Shown: positions 19,439 to 29,328, counted from the stretch's first letter. The stretch is DNA of 64,000 nt from an uncultured Gemmatimonadales bacterium (GCA_963701965.1 OY969695.1:3904001-3968000); one strand, 5' to 3'. The notes: generated by a model not told the origin, from the letters alone. Numbers and translations are program-made.

Positions 19439-21007
19439 ATGGCACCGAGTCCGAAAGCCGTGCTGTGGGTCGACGACGAGGCGGAACTGCTGGAGTCGCA
19501 CCGCATCTTCTTGCGGGAGAGCGGTTACGACGTCGAGGTCGCAAGCAACGCCGACGACGCGGTGGAGCTGTTGCGCCGGCGCGCATTCGACATCGTGCTG
19601 CTGGACGAACAGATGCCGGGGAAACGCGGGCTCGACGCCTATCGCGAGTTCCGGGCGATCAACCCCACGCTGCCCGTGGTGATGGTCACGAAGAGCGAGG
19701 AGGACGCCACGCTCAACGAGGCCATCGGGGCCAACGTCCGCGACTATCTGATCAAGCCGATCAACCCGCGGCAAGTGCTCAGCGTCGTGCGCCGCGTGCT
19801 GGAAGGCCCACGCATCCGCCAGCAGGCCCTGGCCCGGCGGTTCGTCGAACGGTTCCGGGCGATCGAGCTGGAGCGGGCGCGCCCCCTCGACTGGCGCGGC
19901 TGGGTGACCCGGTACGCGGAGCTCATGTCGTGGGACGTCGAGTTGGCGGGCGCCGGCGAGACTGGATTGTATGAGTCTTTGCGCGGTCTCTATGCCGACA
20001 TGCACCGCGAGTTCGCGGCGTTCATGCTGCAGGAGTATCCCGCCTGGTTGCGCAATCTGGAGGGCGACCGGCCGCCGCTCTCCGTCGACGTCATCTCCGA
20101 ATTCCTGTCGCCCATCCTGGCGCGCGACCGCGCCGCGGTGTTCGTCGTCATCGACTGCCTGCGGCTCGACCAGTGGATGGTGCTCGAACCATTGCTGGCG
20201 CCGCTGTTCGACGTCGAGGTCACGCACCACTTCGCGGTGTTGCCCACCGCAACGCCCTACTCGCGCAACTCGCTCTTCAGCGGGCTCTTCCCCGGTGAGA
20301 TCGCCGCCCGATTCCCGGATTGGTGGGGCCCGGGCGATCGCGAGGACGAGTCGCTCAACGCGCACGAGCGCGATTTGCTGGAAGCGCACCTCAAAGAGCT
20401 GGGAAAGAACGTCGCGGTGCGCTATCAGAAGATCTCGACGGCGGCCGACTCCGACGAGCTGGATCGGCGCGTCAACTCGGCGATCGCTCCCGAAGGCGTC
20501 AGCGCCTTCGTCTTCAATTTCGTCGATCTGCTGACGCACGGTCGCAGCGAATCGGCGATTCTCTACGAGGTCGCGCGCGACGAGATCGCCCTGCGGCAGC
20601 TCACCCGCCAGTGGTTCCAACGCTCGGCGCTGTTTTCGGTCTTGCGGGAAGCGGCGCGTCGCAAAGTCTCGGTGCTGCTCACCAGCGATCATGGGTCGAT
20701 CCACTGCCAGACGCCGGCGACCGTGTACGCGAAGCGCGACGCCACCGCGAATCTGCGCTACAAGTTCGGCGAGGACGTCCGGGCCGAGCATCCGGAAGAT
20801 GCCCTGCTGTTTCCCAACGCTGATGCGCTGCGGCTCCCGCGACGCGGCTTGGGCGCGAACACGCTCCTGGCGGCCGGCGACACGTTCTTCGTCTATCCGA
20901 CGAAGCTCCGCGAGTATCAGAGCCGCTATCGCGGGTCGTTCCTGCACGGCGGAGTCACGCCAGAAGAGGTGATTCTCCCCGTGGCGCTGCTCACACCGCG
21001 GCGGTGA
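19439..21007 (+). CDS. PorX-like response regulator (REC + PglZ/alkaline-phosphatase-like domain)
   Basis: VLWVDDE, LLDEQMPG, MVTKSEE, IDCLR, LPTATPYSRN, NFVDLLTH, TSDHG, HGGVTPEE. Confidence 0.88.
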   Translation: MAPSPKAVLWVDDEAELLESHRIFLRESGYDVEVASNADDAVELLRRRAFDIVLLDEQMPGKRGLDAYREFRAINPTLPVVMVTKSEEDATLNEAIGANVRDYLIKPINPRQVLSVVRRVLEGPRIRQQALARRFVERFRAIELERARPLDWRGWVTRYAELMSWDVELAGAGETGLYESLRGLYADMHREFAAFMLQEYPAWLRNLEGDRPPLSVDVISEFLSPILARDRAAVFVVIDCLRLDQWMVLEPLLAPLFDVEVTHHFAVLPTATPYSRNSLFSGLFPGEIAARFPDWWGPGDREDESLNAHERDLLEAHLKELGKNVAVRYQKISTAADSDELDRRVNSAIAPEGVSAFVFNFVDLLTHGRSESAILYEVARDEIALRQLTRQWFQRSALFSVLREAARRKVSVLLTSDHGSIHCQTPATVYAKRDATANLRYKFGEDVRAEHPEDALLFPNADALRLPRRGLGANTLLAAGDTFFVYPTKLREYQSRYRGSFLHGGVTPEEVILPVALLTPRR

Positions 21008-22869
21008 GTAAGGGCGAAAGCTCCGCCCGGGCGTCGATCTATCGGCGGCTGCTGGGCTTTCTCCGGCCGCACGCCTGGCGGATGGCGGGCGCGGTGGGCT
21101 GCAGCATGGCCGCCGCCGTGCTCGACGCCTACGCGTTCGCGCTGCTGATCCCGTTCCTCAACGCGCTGTTCGGTCTCAAGACGCTGCTGCCGACGAACAA
21201 CGGGTGGCTGTCCCACCTGTTGGCCGTCACCATCGGGTCGTTGCTGAATCCAGCGGACAAGATGGGGTCGCTGGAGATCGTCATCGGCGTCATCGTGGTG
21301 ACGGTCACGATCAAGAACATCTTTGCCTGGCGGGGTGGGACGTTCGGCGCCCAGCTGCAGGAGTACGTGACGCGCGACATGCGGAACGCGGTCTACGCGC
21401 ACCTGCAACGGCTGCCCTTGGGTTATTTCACCCGCACGCGCGCCGGGCAGATCCTCTCCAAGGTCCTGACCGACACCGACCAGACCAAGGTGCTGATCAC
21501 CCAGGTGGTCACCCAAGGGTTGCAGAACGTCTCGCTCCTGGTCGCTTATATCGCGTTTCTCTTCGCTATCTCGGCGCACCTGACGCTCCTGGCCCTCGTC
21601 GTGGCGCCCGCGATCATCGGTGCGCTCCAGCCGTTGCTGCGCAAGCTGCGCAAGGGGCACCGCCGTCTGCGGAATGACTATGGCGAGATGATGAGCGTGG
21701 TTCAGGAATCGGTGAGCGGCATGCGGCTCGTGAAGTCGTTCGGTGCCGAGCCGTACGAGGAACGGCGGTTCGTCGACGCCAGCGGACGGTACTCGCGCGC
21801 GATGATGCGGCTCACCAATAGCGCGCTCCTGTCGCAGCCAATCACGGAGACGATGGGTACGATCGTCGCCGTCGGCCTGCTCTGGATCGGCGCCCGCCAG
21901 GTGCTGGTCGCGTCGACGCTCCAGGGTTCGCAGCTCATCGTCTTTCTCTCCGTCGTGATGCGCTTGCTGCAACCGCTCAAGCAGCTCACCCAACTTTGGA
22001 CCACGGCCGAAGTGTCCTTCGCCGCCGCCGATCGGGTGTTCGGCATCCTCGACGATACGACCGAGACGCAGCTCGATCGCGGCACGCGCCGGGTCGACGG
22101 CCTGCGGGACGCGGTCGTGTTCGACCACGTGTCGTTCTCGTATGATGCCGAGCCGGTGCTCGCCGATGTCGAGTTCACGGCGCGGCGGGGCGACGTGGTC
22201 GCCCTCGTCGGCCCGAGCGGCGCCGGCAAGAGCACGCTGGTCGACCTCATCCCCCGGTTCTATGAGCCGACCGCCGGGCGCATCCTGTTCGACGGCGTCG
22301 ACGCGGGCGACATTGCGCTGCCATCGCTGCGCGCGCTCACCGGTATCGTCAGTCAGGACACCGTGCTGTTCAACGATACGGTGCGCAACAACATTGCGTA
22401 TGGCGCCGAAGGCCGGTACAGCGAGGAGCAGATCGTCGCCGCGGCGCGGGCGGCCAACGCCCACGGCTTCATATTGGAATTGGAAGACGGGTACCAGACG
22501 TTGCTCGGCGAGCGGGGCACCCGCCTCTCCGGCGGCCAGCGCCAACGCATCGCGATCGCCCGCGCGCTCTTGGTCGATCCGCCGATCCTGATCCTGGACG
22601 AGGCCACATTGGCGCTGGACACCGAGTCCGAGCGGCTCGTGCAGGAAGCGATCGACCGGTTGTTGGCGGGGCGCACCGTGTTCGTCATCGCGCACCGGCT
22701 CTCGACCGTGCGGCACGCCGATCTCATCCTCGTGCTGGAGCGGGGGCGGGTGGTGGAGCGTGGAACGCACGATGCGCTGCTGGCCGAGCGCGGCGCGTAC
22801 TACCGGCTCCATGCGGCGCAGGAGCGGGATCCGGTGCGCGAGTCGGTCGAGGCGGCGGCCGCGCTCTAG
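21004..22869 (+). CDS. msbA: MsbA-like ABC exporter (TMD-NBD fusion)
   Basis: TM domain, GPSGAGKS, LSGGQRQR, LDEAT, IAHRLST; next to lipid A/LPS-type genes. Confidence 0.75.
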   Translation: MSKGESSARASIYRRLLGFLRPHAWRMAGAVGCSMAAAVLDAYAFALLIPFLNALFGLKTLLPTNNGWLSHLLAVTIGSLLNPADKMGSLEIVIGVIVVTVTIKNIFAWRGGTFGAQLQEYVTRDMRNAVYAHLQRLPLGYFTRTRAGQILSKVLTDTDQTKVLITQVVTQGLQNVSLLVAYIAFLFAISAHLTLLALVVAPAIIGALQPLLRKLRKGHRRLRNDYGEMMSVVQESVSGMRLVKSFGAEPYEERRFVDASGRYSRAMMRLTNSALLSQPITETMGTIVAVGLLWIGARQVLVASTLQGSQLIVFLSVVMRLLQPLKQLTQLWTTAEVSFAAADRVFGILDDTTETQLDRGTRRVDGLRDAVVFDHVSFSYDAEPVLADVEFTARRGDVVALVGPSGAGKSTLVDLIPRFYEPTAGRILFDGVDAGDIALPSLRALTGIVSQDTVLFNDTVRNNIAYGAEGRYSEEQIVAAARAANAHGFILELEDGYQTLLGERGTRLSGGQRQRIAIARALLVDPPILILDEATLALDTESERLVQEAIDRLLAGRTVFVIAHRLSTVRHADLILVLERGRVVERGTHDALLAERGAYYRLHAAQERDPVRESVEAAAAL

Positions 22870-22889
22870 AGCTCCGCGCAGCGGAGCTC
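22869..22889. repeat. Perfect 9-bp hairpin after the msbA stop
   Basis: GAGCTCCGC-gca-GCGGAGCTC. Confidence 0.7.
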
Positions 22890-22905
22890 AGTCCAACCGA
22901 TCGTG

Positions 22906-22950
22906 AAAAAAACTGGCAGGTGCGTTTTTCAGCACCCTGCTAGCTTTTTT
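22906..22950. terminator. Possible bidirectional intrinsic terminator
   Basis: A7-CTGGCAGG-TGC...GCA-C-CCTGCTAG-C-T6 imperfect stem flanked by A and T tracts. Confidence 0.5.
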
Positions 22951-22952
22951 AC

Positions 22953-24044
22953 GTGCGCGTACTCTTTTACCACTCCTCGTCCACCTGGACCGGCAGCGCG
23001 CGCGTCTTCGCGGCCGCGGCCCGGGGTCTGGCGGAGCGTGGCTATCAGATCACCTACGTCTGTCCGCCGGGCGGCGCCGTCGAGGCCCGCGTGGCCGCCG
23101 AAGGCTGCGATGTGATCGCGTTCGAGCCGGGTGGGGGCGCGGCGCTGGAGAGCTGGCGCCTCCATCACGTGTTCTTGGAGCGATTCGTCGAAACGGTCTT
23201 CGTGCACAGCGCCCATGAGCACGTCGTCGTGGCCGGTGCCGCGCGACTCGCGGGCCGCGGCGGCATTGTGCGCCGGACGCCGACGGGCGGGCATCTCGAT
23301 GACGAACGCGCCGCCCGTATCGCCATGCGGCTCGCCTCGACGGGTCTCCTCTTCACGACGGCGGCCGAGGCGCAGGCCGCCCCGGTGCTGCCGCGGGCCC
23401 GGGCGATCACCGTCGCCGAGCTGGGCGTGGATCCCGAGCGCTACGACGAGTTGCGGGCGGCGACGATCCGTTTTCCCGCTGGCGGCGTGCCCGGCCGCTC
23501 CATCGTCTGCGTGTACGACCCGGGCGGCAAGGCGCGGGCGGCGACCGTGCTCCGCACGATGGGCATGCTCGTGCCCCGCCATCCCGAGCTGCACCTGGTG
23601 CTGTTCGGCCCGGGAGCGGACCACGAGGATCTGCGCATGCACGCGGCGGCCTTGGGGATCTCGCACGCGGTCACCCACCTCGTCGCACGCGACGATGATC
23701 TCGCGGTCCTCCGCGGGGCGGACCTGGGTTGGGTCGTGGCCAGCGAGGACACCGCGGCGTTCGCCGTGCTCGATTTCATGGCTATGCGCATCCCGGTCCT
23801 CGTCGACAAGGGGACGGTCGCCAGCCGCTACGTAGCGGACGGGATCAGCGGCGTCGTGTTGCCGCCCGGCGACACGCCGTCGACGGCGGCCACGGTCGCC
23901 GAGCTGTTGACGCAGGATGAGCAGCGCTCGGCCATGGGGAGCGCGGCGCGCACCCGCGTCGCCCGCGAGTATACGGAACGGGCCATGCTCGATGCGATGC
24001 AGAAGGCGGCCGACGAAGCCAGGGATCGGAGCCGATGGAAGTGA
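22953..24044 (+). CDS. GT-B / GT4-like glycosyltransferase (divergent)
   Basis: MRVLFY start, LGVD, LVLFGPG, AVLDFMAMRIPVL, VADGISGVVLPPGD. Confidence 0.75.
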   Translation: MRVLFYHSSSTWTGSARVFAAAARGLAERGYQITYVCPPGGAVEARVAAEGCDVIAFEPGGGAALESWRLHHVFLERFVETVFVHSAHEHVVVAGAARLAGRGGIVRRTPTGGHLDDERAARIAMRLASTGLLFTTAAEAQAAPVLPRARAITVAELGVDPERYDELRAATIRFPAGGVPGRSIVCVYDPGGKARAATVLRTMGMLVPRHPELHLVLFGPGADHEDLRMHAAALGISHAVTHLVARDDDLAVLRGADLGWVVASEDTAAFAVLDFMAMRIPVLVDKGTVASRYVADGISGVVLPPGDTPSTAATVAELLTQDEQRSAMGSAARTRVAREYTERAMLDAMQKAADEARDRSRWK

Positions 24045-25219
24045 TGGCGGAGCGCCATTTGTTCGTCACGCAAGACTACGGGCCGGACCTGGGCGGCATC
24101 GCGCGAATGCACGTGGCGCTGTGCCGGCGCCTGGCCGCCGAGGGCGTGCGCGTGTCCACGGTCGCCCACCGCGACGCCGCGGCGTTCGACGCCGGCGAGG
24201 GGTATCCGATCGAGCGGCTGCCGTTTCCATTGGTCGACGCCAAGCGGGCCATGAATCAGTGGCAGTGGGCCGGGCGGCTCCTCCGGCACCGGCCGGCGAT
24301 CATCCACTGTGGCAACATCCGGCCCGCCGGATATCCGGTCTGGTACGCGCACCGCCGGGCGATCGTGCCGTACGTCGTGTACGTCTACGGGCTCGACTTG
24401 CTCAAGGAGCGGCGGAAGATCGCCGCCAACCCGTTCAAGCGATGGACGGCGCGGCGCATGCTCGGCGACGCGTCCGGCATCGTCGCCATCTCGGACTGGA
24501 CCGCCGAGCTGGCGCGTGCGGTGATGCGGCAGGCCGGGGTGCGGCACGCGCCTCCGGTGGCCGCTATCCCGCTCGGCACCGATCCCGATTTTTTCTCGCC
24601 GGGTCGCGACACCGGGATGCTGCGTCGGCGCTTCGCGCTCGGCGCCGCGCCCCTGTTGGTCACCGTCGCCCGGCTCAAGCCGCACAAGGGCCAAGACACC
24701 GCGATACGCGCGCTCGCGGCATTGCCAGCCGGGATTCGCTATCTCATCGTGGGAACGGGCGATGACGCGCAGCGTCTCGCCGCGATCGCCCGCGAAGCGG
24801 GCGTCGCCGATCGCGTCACCTTCGCCGGCGCTTTGTCCGACGATGACATTGCCGAGGCCTACGCGACGGCGACGGTCTACGTGGGACTCTCCCGGCAGGA
24901 AGGGGTCGAGGCCGAGGGCTTCGGGATCTCGTTCATCGAAGCCGCGGCCAGCGGCACGCCGAGCGTCGCGGGCGACTCGGCCGGCGTGCGTTCGGCGGTG
25001 CGCGATGGGGAGACCGGGATCCTCGTGGGGTCGATGGATGTCGCCGCCGCGGCCGCGGCCATCCGGTCTCTCATCGACGATGGGTCGCGGCGCGAGGCGA
25101 TGGGCCGCGCGGCGCGGCTGGCGGTGGAGACGTACTACAATTGGGACCGCGTCGGCCGCGAAGTCTCGGCGTTCGCCACGCGCGTGACGACGCTGGGCCG
25201 CGACGGCATCTGCGCGTGA
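24035..25219 (+). CDS. GT4 glycosyltransferase (PimB-like)
   Basis: TQDYGPDLGGI, VARLKPHKGQD, EGFGISFIEAAASG. Confidence 0.9.
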   Translation: MEVMAERHLFVTQDYGPDLGGIARMHVALCRRLAAEGVRVSTVAHRDAAAFDAGEGYPIERLPFPLVDAKRAMNQWQWAGRLLRHRPAIIHCGNIRPAGYPVWYAHRRAIVPYVVYVYGLDLLKERRKIAANPFKRWTARRMLGDASGIVAISDWTAELARAVMRQAGVRHAPPVAAIPLGTDPDFFSPGRDTGMLRRRFALGAAPLLVTVARLKPHKGQDTAIRALAALPAGIRYLIVGTGDDAQRLAAIAREAGVADRVTFAGALSDDDIAEAYATATVYVGLSRQEGVEAEGFGISFIEAAASGTPSVAGDSAGVRSAVRDGETGILVGSMDVAAAAAAIRSLIDDGSRREAMGRAARLAVETYYNWDRVGREVSAFATRVTTLGRDGICA

Positions 25220-26130
25220 CGACCCTCGCGCAGGCCGCCGAGTTCTACGCGTTGCGCGGCGCCGTGCGCGCGCTGGAGGCCCTCGACTGGGGGCGCGCCG
25301 GCGCGCTCGGCGCCGGTCTGGGCTCACTGGGCTACCGGCCGCTGGGCATCCGGAGGGCGGTCGTCGAACAGCAGATTACCGCGGCGTTCCCCGACATGGA
25401 TGCGGAGACGGTCCGCCGCACGGCGCGTGATGCCTATCGCCACTTGGGCCGCAACGTCGCCGAGATCGCGCTCACGCCGCGGCTCGGGCGCCAGGGACTC
25501 GTCGACCTCTTCGACCCGCCCGACAACTGGCCGTGGCTCGAAGAGGCCCTGGCCGCGGGCCGCGGCATCATCGCCGTCACCGGCCACGTCGGCAACTGGG
25601 AGCTGGGCGGCAGCTATACCGCCGCGCGCGGCATCCCGGTGGATGCGATCGCCCGCCGCCAGGCCAACCCACTGTTCGACCGGTACATCACCGAGACGCG
25701 CGGTCGCATTGGCATGGTCGTGGTCCACGACCACGAGGCGGTTCGGCGCACGACGCGCTCGCTGCGCGACGGCCGGTTGGTGGCGTTTGTCGCCGACCAG
25801 GGCCTCAAAGGCCTGGCGTCCGTGTTCGTGCCGTTCTTCGGACGCCCCGCCAAGACGCCGCGCGGGCCGGCGGTGTTCGCCAAACGCCTGGGCGCACCGG
25901 TGGTGTTCATGGCGGCGCTGCGCCAGCCGAACGGGCGCTTTCGGATGCACGTGGAGCCGATCGATGTCGCCGACACGGGCGACCGCGAAGCGGACGTCGA
26001 CACGACGGTGGCCCGCTATACCGCGGCGCTCGAGCGCGTCGTGCGACAGCATCCGGACCAGTACTTCTGGCACCATTGCCGGTGGCGCCGCCAACCGCCC
26101 GCCGCGCCATCGCCGGAGTCGCCGGGATGA
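25216..26130 (+). CDS. Lipid A biosynthesis acyltransferase family (LpxL/HtrB-like)
   Basis: TGHVGNWE, VADQG, VPFFG, PDQYFWHH; GTGA overlap. Confidence 0.88.
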   Translation: MTTLAQAAEFYALRGAVRALEALDWGRAGALGAGLGSLGYRPLGIRRAVVEQQITAAFPDMDAETVRRTARDAYRHLGRNVAEIALTPRLGRQGLVDLFDPPDNWPWLEEALAAGRGIIAVTGHVGNWELGGSYTAARGIPVDAIARRQANPLFDRYITETRGRIGMVVVHDHEAVRRTTRSLRDGRLVAFVADQGLKGLASVFVPFFGRPAKTPRGPAVFAKRLGAPVVFMAALRQPNGRFRMHVEPIDVADTGDREADVDTTVARYTAALERVVRQHPDQYFWHHCRWRRQPPAAPSPESPG

Positions 26131-26966
26131 GCCTTCGGCGCCGTCTGTTCGCGGACCCGCGGGCCGCCGTCGGGTTGGTGCTGATCGCGGCCATCGCCGC
26201 CGCGGCCATCGCGGCGCCGCTGATCGCGCACGGCGATCCCATCCAGCAAAATCTCGCGGGACGGTTGGCGCCGCCGTCCTGGCGACACTGGCTCGGCACC
26301 GATGGGGCGGGCCGCGACGTGTGGGCGCGCCTCGTCTACGGCGCCCGCGTCTCGCTGGCCGTCGGCTTCATCTCCCAAGCGATTGCGGTCACGCTCGGCC
26401 TGGTCTTCGGGCTCCTGGCCGGCTACTACGGACGCTGGGTCGATGAAGTGATCATGCGGCTCGCCGACGTGACGCTGGCGTTTCCGACGCTGCTGCTCCT
26501 GATCGCAATGGTCGCGGCGCTCCAACCCTCGCTGCTGGTCGTCTTCACGGCCGTGGGGCTCGTGGGGTGGGCCGGCATGGCGCGGCTGGTGCGAGGCCAG
26601 GTGCTCGTCGTCCGCGAGCTGGAGTTCGTCCAGGCGATCCGCGCCTTGGGCGCTCGCGACCGGCGCATCGTCGTGCGCCACGTCCTCCCCAACGTTCTGG
26701 CGCCGATCATCATCGCCGCGACGCTCGGCGTCGCGGGCGCCATCATGGCCGAGGCGGCCCTGTCGTTCCTCGGGCTCGGCGTCCAGCCGCCCACGCCGTC
26801 GTGGGGCTCGATGATCGCCGACGGCCGCGATCTCGCCCAGCTCCGCCATGCGCCCTGGACATCGGTCGCTCCCGGCCTCGCCATCGGCGCGGCCGTCATG
26901 GCGTTCAACCTGGTCGGCGACGCGCTGCGCGACGCGCTCGACCCGCGGTTCAGACGAACGCGATGA
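26127..26966 (+). CDS. Peptide/nickel ABC permease (DppC/OppC type), orphan
   Basis: HWLGTDGAGRD, GARVSL, RHVLPN, EAALSFLGLG, FNLVGDALRD. Confidence 0.9.
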   Translation: MSLRRRLFADPRAAVGLVLIAAIAAAAIAAPLIAHGDPIQQNLAGRLAPPSWRHWLGTDGAGRDVWARLVYGARVSLAVGFISQAIAVTLGLVFGLLAGYYGRWVDEVIMRLADVTLAFPTLLLLIAMVAALQPSLLVVFTAVGLVGWAGMARLVRGQVLVVRELEFVQAIRALGARDRRIVVRHVLPNVLAPIIIAATLGVAGAIMAEAALSFLGLGVQPPTPSWGSMIADGRDLAQLRHAPWTSVAPGLAIGAAVMAFNLVGDALRDALDPRFRRTR

Positions 26967-28236
26967 GCGTGCGGCTCCGGGCGCCCTTTCGCAGGATCAC
27001 GTAGCGCTCGTACAGCAAGTCGGCATCGGTGATCGCGGTGGCGTCCGCCGATATCCGGCGGTCATTCACGTAGAGCCCGCCCTGCTGGATCAGTCGTCGC
27101 GCCTCGCTGCGCGAGGCGACGATCTCCTGGCGCGTGGCCACGTCTATGACATCAACATTGAGACTGGGAGCGCCAGGGACGACGCCTGCCGCGATGCGTA
27201 CGAGATACTCTTCTCGCTTGACTGAGACGAACGGGATCTCGCGCGACAGGGAGAGGAGATCGTCGAGCGTGAGCGCGTTGGGGCTGCCCCCGAAGAGCAC
27301 GGCCGAGACGCGCGCCGCGCTTTGCGCGGCGGCGTCGCCGTGCACGCGCGTGGTGACGTCCCGCGCCAACGCACGCTGCGCCTCACGCCGCTCCGGGTGC
27401 GCGGCGAGATTGGCTTCGAGCGCCTCGATATCCTCGCGGGAGAGCAGCGTAAAAAACCGGAGATAGCGCCCGACGTCGCGATCGTCGACGTTGATCCAGA
27501 ACTGATAGAATTGATACGGCGACGTCTTCTTCGCATCGAGCCACACGGCGCCGGACTCGGTCTTCCCGAATTTCGTCCCTGACGCGGTGGTGACGAGCGG
27601 CAGCGTGAGGGCATGCGCCTCGGCGGCGGTCGTGCGCCGAATCAGCTCGATCCCCGCCGTGATGTTCCCCCACTGGTCGCTGCCGCCGATCTGGAGGCTC
27701 ACGCCGTACCGCCGGTGCAGCTCCAGAAAATCGTATGATTGCAGCAACATGTACGCGAACTCCGTGAACGAGATCCCGGCATCCATCCGGGACCGCACGG
27801 AGTCCTTCTGCAACATGTAGTTGACCGTGAAGTGCTTGCCGACGTCGCGCAAAAACCCGACCAGGTCGAGCCCGCCCAGCCACTCCGCGTTGTTCACCAG
27901 CGGCATGTCGGCAAACCGCGCGATCTGTTCGTGGATGCGCCGCGCGTTCTCGGCGATCGTATCGCCGTCGGCGAGGGGCCGCTCGTTGACCTTGCCACTG
28001 GGATCGCCGATGAGTCCAGTCCCGCCGCCCACGACCGCAATCGGCCGGTGGCCGGCGCGTTGTAGGTGCACGAGGCCCATGATGGGCAGCAGATGTCCGA
28101 GGTGCAGGCTATCGGCCGTCGGATCGAAGCCGCAGTAGCCGGTGATCGGACCCGCGGCCAGGCGGGCGGGGAGCCCTTCGGTGCGATCGCTCACCAGCCC
28201 GCGCCATACCAGCTCGCTCAGAAAATCGGTCGGCAC
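26950..28236 (-). CDS. tyrS: Tyrosine--tRNA ligase
   Basis: YCGFDPTADSLHLGH, GGSDQWGN, KFGKT, C-terminal S4 domain; start set at GTG 28236. Confidence 0.97.
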   Translation of the reverse strand: MPTDFLSELVWRGLVSDRTEGLPARLAAGPITGYCGFDPTADSLHLGHLLPIMGLVHLQRAGHRPIAVVGGGTGLIGDPSGKVNERPLADGDTIAENARRIHEQIARFADMPLVNNAEWLGGLDLVGFLRDVGKHFTVNYMLQKDSVRSRMDAGISFTEFAYMLLQSYDFLELHRRYGVSLQIGGSDQWGNITAGIELIRRTTAAEAHALTLPLVTTASGTKFGKTESGAVWLDAKKTSPYQFYQFWINVDDRDVGRYLRFFTLLSREDIEALEANLAAHPERREAQRALARDVTTRVHGDAAAQSAARVSAVLFGGSPNALTLDDLLSLSREIPFVSVKREEYLVRIAAGVVPGAPSLNVDVIDVATRQEIVASRSEARRLIQQGGLYVNDRRISADATAITDADLLYERYVILRKGARSRTLIAFV

Positions 28237-28298
28237 GACGCGCAAGATACGTGCGGCAATTTGCTTGCGCACGTTGAGCCGCCCGATAGCTTACGGAT

Positions 28299-28601
28299 AT
28301 GGCGGACGAGACGTACGACGACGCGCGGCGCCGGACGCTCGAGCAGCTTTTGCTCACGCTCGCCGCGCGCATTCGCGATCTCCACGGCCGCGGCGAGCTC
28401 CTGTCCCACGCCGCCGAACTGATGAAGCTGATCGGCGACGCCAAGAGCGAATTGTTTCACTACGAAGTCCGGGCCACGTACGACACCCCCGAGATCGCCG
28501 AGAGCCGGCGCATCGTGTCCGACGCGCAAGCCTCCGGTGACCCCAATTGGGAGTCCAAGGAGTGGACCGCGGACGACGAAGACGGACCACCTTCATGGTA
28601 G
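28299..28601 (+). CDS. Hypothetical acidic protein (100 aa)
   Basis: High-GC codon usage; TAGCTT 6 nt before ATG; leads the dsbA-VKOR unit. Confidence 0.7.
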   Translation: MADETYDDARRRTLEQLLLTLAARIRDLHGRGELLSHAAELMKLIGDAKSELFHYEVRATYDTPEIAESRRIVSDAQASGDPNWESKEWTADDEDGPPSW

Positions 28602-28608
28602 CGCACTG

Positions 28609-29328
28609 ATGGCAGCTAACCGTGGGCGCACCACCGCGCCTCCGCCCCGGGCGCGCTTCCTGGCGTCCCTCGGCCTGCTGGTCGTCGTCGGCATCATCGC
28701 GATCGCCTACGCCAGCAAGAAGTCCGCGCCGCCGGTCATCTCGACGACGCCGGTCGATCCCGCGACGCTGGGCCCGGCCCAGGGCTACCTGCTCGGTCGC
28801 GCCGATGCGCCGGTGCAGATCCTGGAGTTCGCCGACTTCGAGTGCCCCGCCTGCGGCTCGTTCGCCGTCGTCACCGAGCCCGATGTCCGGAAGCGCATCG
28901 TCGATGCCGGACTGGCCAGCTATCGGTACTTCGATTTTCCGCTGCCCATGCACAAGAACACGTGGTACGCGTCCAACGCCGCCGCGTGCGCCAACGATCA
29001 GGGCAAGTTCTGGGAGATGCACGACCAGCTCTTTCTCAACCAGCCCGAGTGGAACTCGGAGGCCACCAGCAACCCGACCACGGTGCTGCAAGGCTACGCG
29101 AAGGTCCTCGGTCTCGACGTCGACAAGTGGCGCGCGTGCTATGACGCCCAGACGCATCTCCGCGACATCCAGGCCAACAAAGCCGAGGGTGAGCGCCGCA
29201 AGGTGAACCAGACCCCGACGTTCGTGATCGGCGATCACCAGATTGCCGGTCTGCTACCGTACGATCAGTTCAAGGCGTACGTCGACTCGGCCGCGACGGC
29301 CAAGAAGCGAGTTGCGGTCGCGCCGTGA
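28609..29328 (+). CDS. Membrane-anchored DsbA-family oxidoreductase
   Basis: EFADFECPAC, DFPLPMH, QGKFWEMHD, cis-Pro loop QTPTF. Confidence 0.9.
   Translation: MAANRGRTTAPPPRARFLASLGLLVVVGIIAIAYASKKSAPPVISTTPVDPATLGPAQGYLLGRADAPVQILEFADFECPACGSFAVVTEPDVRKRIVDAGLASYRYFDFPLPMHKNTWYASNAAACANDQGKFWEMHDQLFLNQPEWNSEATSNPTTVLQGYAKVLGLDVDKWRACYDAQTHLRDIQANKAEGERRKVNQTPTFVIGDHQIAGLLPYDQFKAYVDSAATAKKRVAVAP

Noticed and set aside
19439..21007. BREX defence system suggested by the PglZ domain
   Set aside because: The domain is fused to a receiver domain in PorX fashion and no brxC, pglX or brxL is nearby.
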